NCBI GenBank assembly: GCA_964016885.1
Contig: OZ024756.1
Location: forward strand, 9,486,001 to 9,550,000
Source of the DNA: Eledone cirrhosa
Taxonomy: Eukaryota
DNA: 64,000 nt
Reading direction: 5' to 3'
In this document: one piece after another, positions 40,948-55,905 of the stretch
Layout of the letters: every line of letters starts with the position of its first letter
Position numbering within the stretch: position 1 is the first letter of the stretch
Made by a program: the position numbers and the translations under genes
Notes under the pieces: model-generated
The model's database searches: none
Told to the model about the DNA's origin: nothing
What the model saw: the letters and a program-made list of their open reading frames with translations, nothing else

Positions 40948-42519
40948 AGTGTGTATGATGTATCTGTGTATATATGTATGTATCAGTGTGTGTGTGTGTG
41001 TGTGTGTGTGTCAGTGTGTATGTATCAGTGTATATATGTATGTATCAGTGTGTGTGTGTCAGTGTGTATGTATCAGTGTATATATGTATGTATCAGTGTG
41101 TGTGTGTGTGTGTGTGTGTCAGTGTGTATGTATCAGTGTATATCTGTATGTATAAGTGTGTGTGTGTGTCAGTGTGTATGTATCAGTGTATATATGTATG
41201 TATCAGTGTGTGTGTGTGTGTCAGTGTGTATGTATCAGTGTATATATATATGTATCAGTGTGTGTGTGTCAGTGTGTATGTGTCAGTGTATATATGTATG
41301 TATCAGTGTGTGTGTGTGTGTCAGTGTGTATGTGTCAGTGTATATATGTATGTATCAGTGTGTGTGTGTGTGTGTCAGTGTGTATGTGTCAGTATATATA
41401 TGTATGTATCAATGTGTCTGTGTGTGTCAGTGTGTATGTGTCAGTGTACATATGTATGTATCAGTGTGTGTGTGTGTCAGTGTGTATGTGTCAGTGTATA
41501 TATGTATGTATCAGTGTGTGTTTGTGTCAGTGTGTATGTATCAGTGTATATATGTATGTATCAGTGTGTGTATGTGTCAGTGTGTATGTATCAGTGTATA
41601 TATGTATGTATCAGTGTGTGTCAGTGTGTATGTATCAGTGTATATATGTATGTATCAGTGTGTGTGTGTGTGTCATTGTGTATGTATCAGCGTATATATG
41701 TATGTATCAGTGTGTGTGTGTGTCAGTGTGTATGTATCAGTGTATATATGTATGTAGCAGTGTGTATGTGTGTGTCTGTGTCAGTGTGTATGTATCAGTG
41801 TGTGTGTGTGTGTCAGTGTTTATGTGTCAGTGTATATATTTATGTATCAGTGTGTGTGTGTGTGTCAGTGTGTATGTATCAGTGTATATATGTATGTATC
41901 AGTGTGTGTGTGTGTGTCATTGTGTATGTATCAGTGTATATATGTATGTATCAGTGTGTGTGTGTGTCAGTGTGTATGTATCAGTGTATATATGTATGTA
42001 TCAGTGTGTATGTGTGTGTCTGTGTCAGTGTGTATGTATCAGTGTGTGTGCGTGTGTCAGTTTGTATGTGTCAGTGTATATATTTATGTATCATTGTGTG
42101 TGTGTGTGTCAGTGTGTATGTGTGTTAGTGTGTATGTATCAGTGTATATATGTATGTATCAGTGTGTGTGTGTGTCAGTGTGTATGTATCAGTGTATATA
42201 TGTATGTATTAGTGTGTATGTGTCAGTGTGTATGTATCAGTGTATATATGTATGTATCAGTGTGTGTGTCAGTGTGTATGTATCAGTGTATATATGTATG
42301 TATCAGTGTGTGTGTGTGTCAGTGTTTATGTATTAGTGTATATATGTATGTATCAGTGTGTGTCTGTGTGTGTGTCAGTGTGTATGTATCAGTGTATATA
42401 TGTATGTATCAGTGTGTGTGTGTCATTGTGTATGTATCAGTGTATATATGTATGTATCAGTGTGTGTGTGTGTGTGTGTGTGTGTCAGTGTGTATGTATC
42501 TGTGTATATATGTATGTAT

Positions 42520-42562
<43 letters not shown>

Positions 42563-42643
42563 AGTGTGTATGTATCAGTGTATATATGTATGTATCAGTG
42601 TGTGTGTGTCAGTGTGTATGTATCAGTGTATATATGTATGTAT

Positions 42644-42688
<45 letters not shown>

Positions 42689-43659
42689 AGTGTGTATGTA
42701 TCAGTGTATATCTGTATGTATCAGTGTGTGTGTGTGTCAGTGTGTATGTATCAGTGTATATATGTATGTATCAGTGTGTGTGAGTGTGTGTCAGTGTGTA
42801 TGTATCAGTGTATATATGTATGTATCAGTGTGTGTGTGTGTCAGTGTGTATGTGTCAGTGTATATATGTATGTATCAGTGTGTGTTTGTGTGTCAGTGTG
42901 TATGTATCAGTGTATATATGTATGTATCAGTGTGTGTGTGTGTGTGTGTCAGTGTGTATGTATCAGTGTATATATGTATGTATCAGTGTGTGTGTGTGTG
43001 TCATTGTGTATGTATCAGTGTATATATGTATGTATCAGTGTGTGTGTCTGTGTCAGTGTGTATGTATCAGTGTATATATGTATGTATCAGTGTGTGTGTG
43101 TGTGTCAGTGTGTATGTGTCAGTGTATTTATGTATGTACCAGTGTGTGTGTGTGTGTCAGTGTGTATGTATCAGTGTGTGTGTGTGTGTATGTATCAGTG
43201 TATATATGTATGTATCAGTGTGTGTGTGTGTCAGTGTATGTATCAGTGTATATATGTATGTATCAGTGTGTGTGTGTATGTGTGTCAGTGTGTATGTATC
43301 AGTGTATATATGTATGTATCAGTGTGTGTGTGTGTGTCAGTGTATTTATGTATGTACCAGTGTGTGTGTGTGTGTGTCAGTGTGTATGTATCAGTGTGTG
43401 TGTGTGTGTATGTATCAGTGTATATATGTATGTATCAGTGTGTGTGTGTGTGTGTCAGTGTGTATGTATCAGTGTATATATGTATGTATCAGTGTGTGTG
43501 TATCAGTGTATATATGTATGTATCAGTGTGTGTGTATGTGTGTGTCAGTGTGTATGTATCAGTGTATATATGTATGTATCAGTGTGTGTGTATGTATGTA
43601 TCAGTGTGTGTGTGTGTGTGTGTGTCAGTGTGTATGTATCAGTGTATATATGTATGTAT

Positions 43660-43706
<47 letters not shown>

Positions 43707-46700
43707 AGTGTGTATGTATCAGTGTATATATGTATGTATCAGTGTGTGTCTGTGTGTGTGTCAGTGTGTATGTATCAGTGTATATATGTATGTATCAGTG
43801 TGTGTGTGTGTGTCAGTGTGTATGTATCAGTGTATATATGTATGTATCAGTGTGTGTGTGTCAGTGTGTATGTATCAGTGTATATATGTATGTATCAGTG
43901 TGTGTGTGTGTCAGTGTGTATGTGTCAGTGTATATATGTATGTATCAGTGTGTGTCAGTGTGTATGTATCAGTGTGTGTGTGTGTGTCAGTGTATATATG
44001 TATGTATCAGTGTGTGTGTGTGTCAGTGTGTATGTATCAGTGTATATATGTATGTATCAGTGTGTGTGTGTCTGTCAGTGTGTATGTGTCAGTGTATATA
44101 TGTATGTATCAGTGTGTATGTGTGTGTCAGTGTGTATGTATCAGTGTATATATGTATGTATCAGTGTGGGTGTCAGTGTGTATGTATCAGTGTATATATG
44201 TATGTATCAGTGTGTGTCAGTGTGTATGTATCAGTGTGTGTGTGTGTGTCAGTGTATATATGTATGTATCAGTGTGTGTGTGTGTGTGTGTGTGTGTCAG
44301 TGTGTATGTATCAGTGTGTGTGTATGTGTGTGTGTGTCAGTGTGTATGTATCAGTGTATATCTGTATGTATCAGTGTGTGTGTGTGTCAGTGTGTATGTG
44401 TCAGTGTATATATGTATGTATCAGTGTGTGTGTGTGTGTGTCAGTGTGTATGTGTCAGTGTATATATGTATGTATCAGTGTGTGTGTGTCAGTCTGTATG
44501 TATCAGTGTATATATGTATGTATCAGTGTGTGTGTGTGTGTGTGTGTGTCAGTGTGTATCTATCAGTGTATATCTGTATGTATCAGTGTGTGTGTGTGTC
44601 AGTGTGTATGTATCAGTGTATATATGTATGTATCAGTATGTGTGTGTGTCAGTGTGTATGTATCAGTGTATATATGTATGTATCAGTGTGTGTGTGTGTG
44701 TCAGTGTGTATGTGTCAGTGTATATATGTATGTATCAGTGTGTGTGTGTGTGTCAGTGTATATGTGTCAGTGTATATATGTATGTATCAGCGTGTGTGTG
44801 TCAGTGTGTATGTGTCAGTGTATATATGTATGTATCAGTGTGTCTGTGTGTGTCAGTGTGTATGTGTCAGTGTACATATGTATGTATCAGTGTGTGTGTG
44901 TGTCAGTGTGTTTGTGTCAGTGTATATATTTATGTATCAGTGTGTATGTGTGTGTCAGTGTGTATGTATCAGTGTATATATGTATGTATCAGTGTGGGTG
45001 TCAGTGTGTATGTATCAGTGTATATATGTATGTATCAGTGTGTGTCAGTGTGTATGTATCAGTGTGTGTGTGTGTGTCAGTGTATATATGTATGTATCAG
45101 TGTGTGTGTGTGTGTGTGTGTGTGTCAGTGTGTATGTATCAGTGTGTGTGTATGTGTGTGTGTGTCAGTGTGTATGTATCAGTGTATATCTGTATGTATC
45201 AGTGTGTGTGTGTGTCAGTGTGTATGTGTCAGTGTATATATGTATGTATCAGTGTGTGTGTGTGTGTGTCAGTGTGTATGTGTCAGTGTATATATGTATG
45301 TATCAGTGTGTGTGTGTCAGTGTGTATGTATCAGTGTATATATGTATGTATCAGTGTGTGTGTGTGTGTGTGTGTGTCAGTGTGTATCTATCAGTGTATA
45401 TCTGTATGTATCAGTGTGTGTGTGTGTCAGTGTGTATGTATCAGTGTATATATGTATGTATCAGTATGTGTGTGTGTCAGTGTGTATGTATCAGTGTATA
45501 TATGTATGTATCAGTGTGTGTGTGTGTGTCAGTGTGTATGTGTCAGTGTATATATGTATGTATCAGTGTGTGTGTGTGTGTCAGTGTATATGTGTCAGTG
45601 TATATATGTATGTATCAGCGTGTGTGTGTCAGTGTGTATGTGTCAGTGTATATATGTATGTATCAGTGTGTCTGTGTGTGTCAGTGTGTATGTGTCAGTG
45701 TACATATGTATGTATCAGTGTGTGTGTGTGTCAGTGTGTATGTGTCAGTGTATATATTTATGTATCAGTGTGTGTTTGTGTCAGTGTGTATGTATCAGTG
45801 TATATATGTATGTATCAGTGTGTGTATGTGTCAGTGTGTATGTATCAGTGTATATATGTATGTATCACTGTGTATCAGTGTGTATGTATCAGTGTATATC
45901 TGTATGTATCAGTGTGTGTGTGTGTCAGTGTGTATGTATCAGTGTATATATGTATGTATCAGTGTGTGTGAGTGTGTGTCAGTGTGTATGTATCAGTGTA
46001 TATATGTATGTATCAGTGTGTGTGTGTGTCAGTGTGTATGTGTCAGTGTATATATGTATGTATCAGTGTGTGTTTGTGTGTCAGTGTGTATGTATCAGTG
46101 TATATATGTATGTATCAGTGTGTGTGTGTGTGTGTGTCAGTGTGTATGTATCAGTGTATATATGTATGTATCAGTGTGTGTGTGTGTGTCATTGTGTATG
46201 TATCAGTGTATATATGTATGTATCAGTGTGTGTGTCTGTGTCAGTGTGTATGTATCAGTGTATATATGTATGTATCAGTGTGTGTGTGTGTGTCAGTGTG
46301 TATGTGTCAGTGTATTTATGTATGTACCAGTGTGTGTGTGTGTGTCAGTGTGTATGTATCAGTGTGTGTGTGTGTGTATGTATCAGTGTATATATGTATG
46401 TATCAGTGTGTGTGTGTGTCAGTGTATGTATCAGTGTATATATGTATGTATCAGTGTGTGTGTGTATGTGTGTCAGTGTGTATGTATCAGTGTATATATG
46501 TATGTATCAGTGTGTGTGTGTGTGTCAGTGTATTTATGTATGTACCAGTGTGTGTGTGTGTGTGTCAGTGTGTATGTATCAGTGTGTGTGTGTGTGTGTA
46601 TGTATCAGTGTATATATGTATGTATCAGTGTGTGTGTGTGTGTGTCAGTGTGTATGTATCAGTGTATATATGTATGTATCAGTGTGTGTGTATCAGTGTA

Positions 46701-46849
46701 TATATGTATGTATCAGTGTGTGTGTATGTGTGTGTCAGTGTGTATGTATCAGTGTATATATGTATGTATCAGTGTGTGTGTATGTATGTATCAGTGTGTG
46801 TGTGTGTGTGTGTGTCAGTGTGTATGTATCAGTGTATATATGTATGTAT

Positions 46850-46898
<49 letters not shown>

Positions 46899-48024
46899 AG
46901 TGTGTATGTATCAGTGTATATATGTATGTATCAGTGTGTGTCTGTGTGTGTGTCAGTGTGTATGTATCAGTGTATATATGTATGTATCAGTGTGTGTGTG
47001 TGTGTCAGTGTGTATGTATCAGTGTATATATGTATGTATCAGTGTGTGTGTGTCAGTGTGTATGTATCAGTGTATATATGTATGTATCAGTGTGTGTGTG
47101 TGTCAGTGTGTATGTGTCAGTGTATATATGTATGTATCAGTGTGTGTCAGTGTGTATGTATCAGTGTGTGTGTGTGTGTCAGTGTATATATGTATGTATC
47201 AGTGTGTGTGTGTGTCAGTGTGTATGTATCAGTGTATATATGTATGTATTAGTGTGTGTGTGTCTGTCAGTGTGTATGTATCAGTGTATATATGTATGTA
47301 TCAGTGTGTGTGTCAGTGTGTATGTATCAGTGTATATATGTATGTATCAGTGTGTGTCAGTGTGTATGTATCAGTGTGTGTGTGTGTGTCAGTGTATATA
47401 TGTATGTATCAGTGTGTGTGTGTGTCAGTGTGTAAGTATCAGTGTATATATGTATGTATCAGTGTGTGTGTGTGTGTGTGTGTGTGTCAGTGTATATATG
47501 TATGTATCAGTGTGTGTGTATGTGTGTGTGTGTCAGTGTGTATGTATCAGTATATATCTGTATGTATCAGTGTGTGTGTGTGTCAGTGTCTATGTGTCAG
47601 TGTATATCTGTATGTATCAGTGTGTCTGTGTGTGTCAGTGTGTATGTGTTAGTGTATATATGTATGTATCAGTGTGTGTGTATGTGTGTGTTTATCAGTG
47701 TGTATGTATCAGTGTATATCTGTATGTATCAGTGTGTGTGTGTCAGTGTGTATGTGTCAGTGTATATATGTATGTATCAGTGTGTCAGTGTGTATGTGTC
47801 TGTGTACATATGTATGTATCAGTGTGTGTGTGTGTCAGTGTGTATGTGTCAGTGTATATATGTATGTATCAGTGTGTGTGTGTGTCAGTGTGTATGTGTC
47901 AGTGTATATATGTATGTATGTATCAGTGTGTGTGTGTGTGTCAGTGCGTATGTATCAGTGTATATATGTATGTATCAGTGTGTGTGTGTGTCAGTGTATG
48001 TATCAGTGTATATATGTATGTATC

Positions 48025-48087
<63 letters not shown>

Positions 48088-49334
48088 GTGTGTATGTATC
48101 AGTGTATATATGTATGTATCAGTGTGTGTGTGTGTGTCAGTGTGTACGTATCAGTGTATATATGTACGTATCAGTGTGTGTGTGTGTCAGTGTGTATGTG
48201 TCAGTATATATATGTATGTATCAGTGTGTGTGTGTGTGTGTCAGTGTGTATGTATCAGTGTATATATGTATGTATCAGTGTGTGTGTGTGTGTGTCAGTG
48301 TGTATGTATCAATGTATATATGTATGTATCAGTGTGTGTGTATGTGTCAGTATGTATTATCAGTGTATATATGTATGTATCAGTGTGTGTGTGTGTCAGT
48401 GTGTATGTATCAGTGTATATATGTATGTATCAGTGTGTGTGTGTGTCAGTGTGTATGTATCAGTGTATATATGTATGTATCAGTGTGTGTGTGTCAGTGT
48501 GTATGTATCAGTGTATATATGTATGTATCAGTGTGTGTGTGTGTGTGTCAGTGTGTATGTATCAGTGTATATATGTATGTATCAGTCTGTGTATGTATGT
48601 ATCAGTGTATATATGTATGTATCAGTGTGTGTGTGTGTGTCAGTATGTATGTATCAGTGTATATATGTATTTATCAGTGTGTGTCAGTGTGTATGTATCA
48701 GTGTGTGTGTGTGTGTCAGTGTATATATGTATGTATCAGTGTGTGTGTGTGTCAGTGTGTAAGTTTCAGTGTATATATGTATGTATCAGTGTGTGTGTGT
48801 GTGTGTGTGTCAGTGTATATATGTATGTATCAGTGTGTGTGTATGTGTGTGTGTGTCAGTGTGTATGTATCAGTGTATATCTGTATGTATCAGTGTGTGT
48901 GTGTGTCAGTGTATATCTGTATGTATCAGTGTGTCTGTGTGTGTCAGTGTGTATGTGTCAGTGTATACATGTATGTATCAGTGTGTGTGTGTGTCAGTGT
49001 GTATGTATCAGTGTATATCTGTATGTATCAGTGTGTGTGTGTGTCAGTGTGTATGTGTCAGTGTATATATGTATGTATCAGTGTGTCTGTGTGTGTCAGT
49101 GTGTATGTGTCAGTGTACATATGTATGTATCAGTGTGTGTGTGTGTCAGTGTGTATGTGTCAGTGTATATATGTATGTATCAGTGTGTGTGTGTGTCAGT
49201 GTGTATGTGTCAGTGTATATATGTATGTATGTATCAGTGTGTGTGTGTGTGTCAGTGTGTATGTATCAGTGTATATATGTATGTATCAGTGTGTGTGTGT
49301 GTCAGTGTATGTATCAGTGTATATATGTATGTAT

Positions 49335-49376
<42 letters not shown>

Positions 49377-51180
49377 GTGTGTATGTATCAGTGTATATAT
49401 GTATGTATCAGTGTGTGTGTGTGTGTCAGTGTGTATGTATCAGTGTATATATGTATGTATCAGTGTGTGTGTGTGTCAGTGTGTATGTGTCAGTGTATAT
49501 ATATATATCAGTGTGTGTGTGTGTGTGTGTCAGTGTGTATGTATCAGTGTATATATGTATGTATCAGTGTGTGTGTGTCAGTGTGTATGTATCAGTGTAT
49601 ATATGTATGTATCAGTGTGTGTGTGTGTGTGTGTCAGTGTGTATGTATCAGTGTATATATGTATGTATCAGTGTGTGTGTGTCGGTGTGTATGTATCAGT
49701 GTATATATGTATGTATCAGTGTGTGTATGTATGTATCAGTGTATATATGTATGTATCAGTGTGTGTGTGTGTGTCAGTGTGTATGTATGAGTGTATATAT
49801 ATATGTATCAGTGTGTGTGTGTCTGTCAGTGTGTATGTGTCAGTGTATATATGTATGTATCAGTGTGTATGTGTGTGTCAGTGTGTATGTATCAGTGTAT
49901 ATATGTATGTATCATTGTGTCTGTGTGTGTCAGTGTGTATGTGTCAGTGTACATATGTATGTATCAGTGTGTGTGTGTGTCAGTGTGTATGTGTCAGTGT
50001 ATATATGTATGTATCAGTGTGTGTGTGTGTCAGTGTGTATGTGTCAGTGTATATATGTATGTATGTATCAGTGTGTGTGTGTGTGTCAGTGCGTATGTAT
50101 CAGTGTATATATGTATGTATCAGTGCGTGTGTGTGTCAGTGTATGTATCAGTGTATATATGTATGTATCAGTGTGTGTGTGTGTCAGTGTGTATGTATCA
50201 GTGTATATATGTATGTATCAGTGTGTGTGTGTGTCAGTGTGTATGTATCAGTGTATATATGTATGTATCAGTGTGTGTGTGTCAGTGTGTATGTATCAGT
50301 GTATATATGTATGTATCAGTGTGTGTGTGTGTGTGTCAGTGTGTATGTATCAGTGTATATATGTATGTATCAGTGTGTGTGTGTCAGTGTGTATGTATCA
50401 GTGTATATATGTATGTATCAGTGTGTGTATGTATGTATCAGTGTATATATGTATGTATCAGTGTGTGTGTGTGTGTCAGTGTGTATGTATCAGTGTATAT
50501 ATATATGTATCAGTGTGTGTGTGTCTGTCAGTGTGTATGTGTCAGTGTATATATGTATGTATCAGTGTGTATGTGTGTGTCAGTGTGTATGTATCAGTGT
50601 ATATATGTATGTATCAGTGTGTGTGTGTGTGTGTGTGTGTCAGTGTATATATGTATGTATCAGTGTGTGTGTATGTGTGTGTGTGTCAGTGTGTATGTAT
50701 CAGTGTATATCTGTATGTATCAGTGTGTGTGTGTGTCAGTGTCTATGTGTCAGTGTATATCTGTATGTATCAGTATGTCTGTGTGTGTCAGTGTGTATGT
50801 GTCAGTGTATATATGTATGTATCAATGTGTGTGTATGTGTGTGTTTATCAGTGTGTATGTATCAGTGTAAATCTGTATGTATCAGTGTGTGTGTGTGTGT
50901 CAGTGTGTATGTGTCAGTGTATATATGTATGTATCAGTGTGTCAGTGTGTATGTGTCAGTGTACATATGTATGTATCAGTGTGTGTGTGTGTCAGTGTGT
51001 ATGTGTCAGTGTATATATGTATGTATCAGTGTGTGTGTGTGTCAGTGTGTATGTGTCAGTGTATATATGTATGTATGTATCAGTGTGTGTGTGTGTGTCA
51101 GTGCGTATGTATCAGTGTATATATGTATGTATCAGTGTGTGTGTGTGTCAGTGTATGTATCAGTGTATATATGTATGTAT

Positions 51181-51234
<54 letters not shown>

Positions 51235-52446
51235 GTGTGTATGTATCAGTGTATATATGTATGTATCAGTGTGTGTGTGTGTGTCAGTGTGTATGTATCA
51301 GTGTATATATGTATGTATCAGTGTGTGTGTGTGTCAGTGTGTATGTGTCAGTATATATATGTATGTATCAGTGTGTGTGTGTGTGTGTGTCAGTGTATAT
51401 GTATCAGTGTATATATGTATGTATCAGTGTGTGTGTGTGTGTGTCAGTGTGTATGTATCAATGTATATATGTATGTATCAGTGTGTGTGTATGTGTCAGT
51501 ATGTATGTATAAGTGTATATATGTATGTATCAGTGTGTGTGTGTGTCAGTGTGTATGTATCAGTGTATATATGTATGTATCAGTGTGTGTGTGTGTCAGT
51601 GTGTATGTATCAGTGTATATATGTATGTATCAGTGTGTGTGTGTCAGTGTGTATGTATCAGTGTATATATGTATGTATCAGTGTGTGTGTGTGTGTGTCA
51701 GTGTGTATGTATCAGTGTATATATGTATGTATCAGTCTGTGTATGTATGTATCAGTGTATATATGTATGTATCAGTGTGTGTCAGTGTGTATGTATCAGT
51801 GTGTGTGTGTGTGTCAGTGTATATATGTATGTATCAGTGTGTGTGTGTGTCAGTGTGTAAGTTTCAGTGTATATATGTATGTATCAGTGTGTGTGTGTGT
51901 GTGTGTCAGTGTATATATGTATGTATCAGTGTGTGTGTATGTGTGTGTGTGTCAGTGTGTATGTATCAGTGTATATCTGTATGTATCAGTGTGTGTGTGT
52001 GTCAGTGTCTATGTGTCAGTGTATATCTGTATGTATCAGTGTGTCTGTGTGTGTCAGTGTGTATGTGTCAGTGTATACATGTATGTATCAGTGTGTGTGT
52101 GTGTCAGTGTGTATGTATCAGTGTATATCTGTATGTATCAGTGTGTGTGTGTGTCAGTGTGTATGTGTCAGTGTATATATGTATGTATCAGTGTGTCTGT
52201 GTGTGTCAGTGTGTATGTGTCAGTGTACATATGTATGTATCAGTGTGTGTGTGTGTCAGTGTGTATGTGTCAGTGTATATATGTATGTATCAGTGTGTGT
52301 GTGTGTGTCAGTGTGTATGTGTCACTGTATATATGTATGTATGTATCAGTGTGTGTGTGTGTGTCAGTGTGTATGTATCAGTGTATATATGTATGTATCA
52401 GTGTGTGTGTGTGTCAGTGTATGTATCAGTGTATATATGTATGTAT

Positions 52447-52484
<38 letters not shown>

Positions 52485-55400
52485 GTGTGTATGTATCAGT
52501 GTATATATGTATGTATCAGTGTGTGTGTGTGTGTCAGTGTGTATGTATCAGTGCATATATGTATGTATCAGTGTGTGTGTGTGTCAGTGTGTATGTGTCA
52601 GTGTATATATATATATAAGTGTGTGTGTGTGTGTGTGTCAGTGTGTATGTATCAGTGTATATATGTATGTATCAGTGTGTGTGTGTCAGTGTGTATGTAT
52701 CAGTGTATATATGTATGTATCAGTGTGTGTGTGTGTGTGTGTGTCAGTGTGTATGTATCAGTGTATATATGTATGTATCAGTGTGTGTATGTATGTATCA
52801 GTGTATATATGTATGTATCAGTGTGTGTATGTATGTATCAGTGTATATATGTATGTATCAGTGTGTGTGTGTGTGTCAGTGTGTATGTATCAGTGTATAT
52901 ATATATGTATCAGTGTGTGTGTGTCTGTCAGTGTGTATGTGTCAGTGTATATATGTATGTATCAGTGTGTATGTGTGTGTCAGTGTGTATGTAACAGTGT
53001 ATATATGTATGTATCAGTGTGTCTGTGTGTGTCAGTGTGTATGTGTCAGTGTACATATGTATGTATCAGTGTGTGTGTGTGTCAGTGTGTATGTGTCAGT
53101 GTATATATGTATGTATCAGTGTGTGTGTGTGTCAGTGTGTATGTGTCAGTGTATATATGTATGTATGTATCAGTGTGTGTGTGTGTGTCAGTGCGTATTT
53201 ATCAGTGTATATATGTATGTATCAGTGTGTGTGTGTGTCAGTGTATGTATCAGTGTATATATGTATGTATCAGTGTGTGTGTGTGTGTCAGTGTGTATGT
53301 ATCAGTGTATATATGTATGTATCAGTGTGTGTGTGTGTCAGTGTGTATGTGTCAGTATATATATGTATGTATCAGTGTGTGTGTGTGTGTGTCAGTGTGT
53401 ATGTATCAGTGTATATATGTATGTATCAGTGTGCGTGTGTGTGTGTCAGTGTGTATGTATCAATGTATATATGTATGTATCAGTGTGTATGTATGTGTCA
53501 GTATGTATGTATCAGTGTATATATGTATGTATCAGTGTGTGTGTGTGTCAGTGTGTATGTATCAGTGTATATATGTATGTATCAGTGTGTGTGTGTGTCA
53601 GTGTGTATGTATCAGTGTATATATGTATGTATCAGTGTGTGTGTGTCAGTGTGTATGTATCAGTGTATATATGTATGTACCAGTGTGTGTGTGTGTGTGT
53701 CAGTGTGTATGTATCAGTGTATATATGTATGTATCAGTGTGTGTGTGTCAGTGTGTATGTATCAGTGTATATATGTATGTATCAGTCTGTGTATGTATGT
53801 ATCAGTGTATATATATATGTATCAGTGTGTGTGTGTGTGTCAGTGTGTATGTATCAGTGTATATATGTATGTATCAGTGTGTGTCAGTGTGTATGTATCA
53901 GTGTGTGTGTGTGTGTCAGTGTATATATGTATGTATCAGTGTGTGTGTGTGTCAGTGTGTAAGTATCAGTGTATATATGTATGTATCAGTGTGTGTGTGT
54001 GTGTGTGTGTGTGTCAGTGTCTATGTGTCAGTGTATATCTGTATGTATCAGTGTGTCTGTGTGTGTCAGTGTGTATGTGTCAGTGTATATATGTATGTAT
54101 CAGTGTGTGTGTGTGTCAGTGTGTATGTATCAGTGTATATCTGTATGTATCAGTGTGTGTGTGTGTGTCAGTGTGTATGTGTCAGTGTATATATGTATGT
54201 ATCAGTGTGTCTGTGTGTGTCAGTGTGTATGTGTCAGTGTACATATGTATGTATCAGTGTGTGTGTGTGTCAGTGTGTATGTGTCAGTGTATATATGTAT
54301 GTATCAGTGTGTGTGTGTGTCAGTGTGTATGTGTCAGTGTATATATGTATGTATGTATCAGTGTGTGTGTGTGTGTCAGTGTGTATGTATCAGTGTATAA
54401 ATGTATGTATCAGTGTGTGTGTGTGTCAGTGTATGTATCAGTGTATATATGTATGTATCAGTGTGTGTGTGTGTGTGTGTGTGTGTGTTAGTGTGTATGT
54501 ATCAGTGTATATATGTATGTATCAGTGTGTGTGTGTGTGTGTCAGTGTGTATGTATCAGTGTATATATGTATGTATCAGTGTGTGTGTGTGTCAGTGTGT
54601 ATGTGTCAGTGTATATATATGTATCAGTGTGTGTGTGTGTGTGTCAGTGTGAATGTATCAGTGTATATATGTATGTATCAGTGTGTGTGTGTGTGTGTCA
54701 GTGTGTATGTATCAATGTATATATGTATGTATCAGTGTGTGTGTATGTGTCAGTATGTATGTATCAGTGTATATATGTATGTATCAGTGTGTGTGTGTGT
54801 CAGTGTGTATGTATCAGTGTATATATGTATGTATCAGTGTGTGTGTGTGTCAGTGTGTATGTATCAGTGTATATATGTATGTATCAGTGTGTGTGTGTCA
54901 GTGTGTATGTATCAGTGTATATATGTATGTATCAGTGTGTGTGTGTGTGTGTCAGTGTGTATGTATCAGTGTATATATGTATGTATCAGTGTGTGTGTGT
55001 CAGTGTGTATGTATCAGTGTATATATGTATGTATCAGTGTGTGTATGTATGTATCAGTGTATATATGTATGTATCAGTGTGTGTGTGTGTGTCAGTGTGT
55101 ATGTATCAGTGTATATATATATGTATCAGTGTGTGTGTGTCTGTCAGTGTGTATGTGTCAGTGTATATATGTATGTATCAGTGTGTATGTGTGTGTCAGT
55201 GTGTATGTATCAGTGTATATATGTATGTATCAGTGTGTGTGTCAGTGTGGATGTATCAGTGTATATATGTATGTATCAGTGTGTGTCAGTGTGTATGTAT
55301 CAGTGTGTGTGTGTGTGTGTAAGTGTATATATGTATGTATCAGTGTGTGTGTGTGTCAGTGTGTATGTATCAGTGTATATATGTATGTATCAGTGTGTGT

Positions 55401-55844
55401 GTGTGTGTGTGTCAGTGTATATATGTATGTATCAGTGTGTGTGTGTGTGTGTCAGTGTGTATGTATCAGTGTATATATGTATGTATCAGTGTGTGTGTCA
55501 GTGTGTATGTGTCAGTGTATATATGTATGTATCAGTGTGTCTGTGTGTGTCAGTGTGTATGTATAAGTGTATATATGTATGTATCAGTGTGTGTGTATGT
55601 GTGTGTCAGTATGTATGTATCAGTGTATATATGTATGTATCAGTGTGTGTGTATGTGTCAGTGTGTATGTATCAGTGTATATATGTATGTATCAGTGTGT
55701 GTGTCAGTGTGTATGTATCAGCGTATATATGTATGTATCAGTGTGTGTGTTTGTCATTGTGTATGTATCAGTGTATATATGTATGTATCAGTGTGTGTGT
55801 GTGTGTGTGTCAGTGTGTATGTATCAGTGTATATATGTATGTAT

Positions 55845-55905
<61 letters not shown>
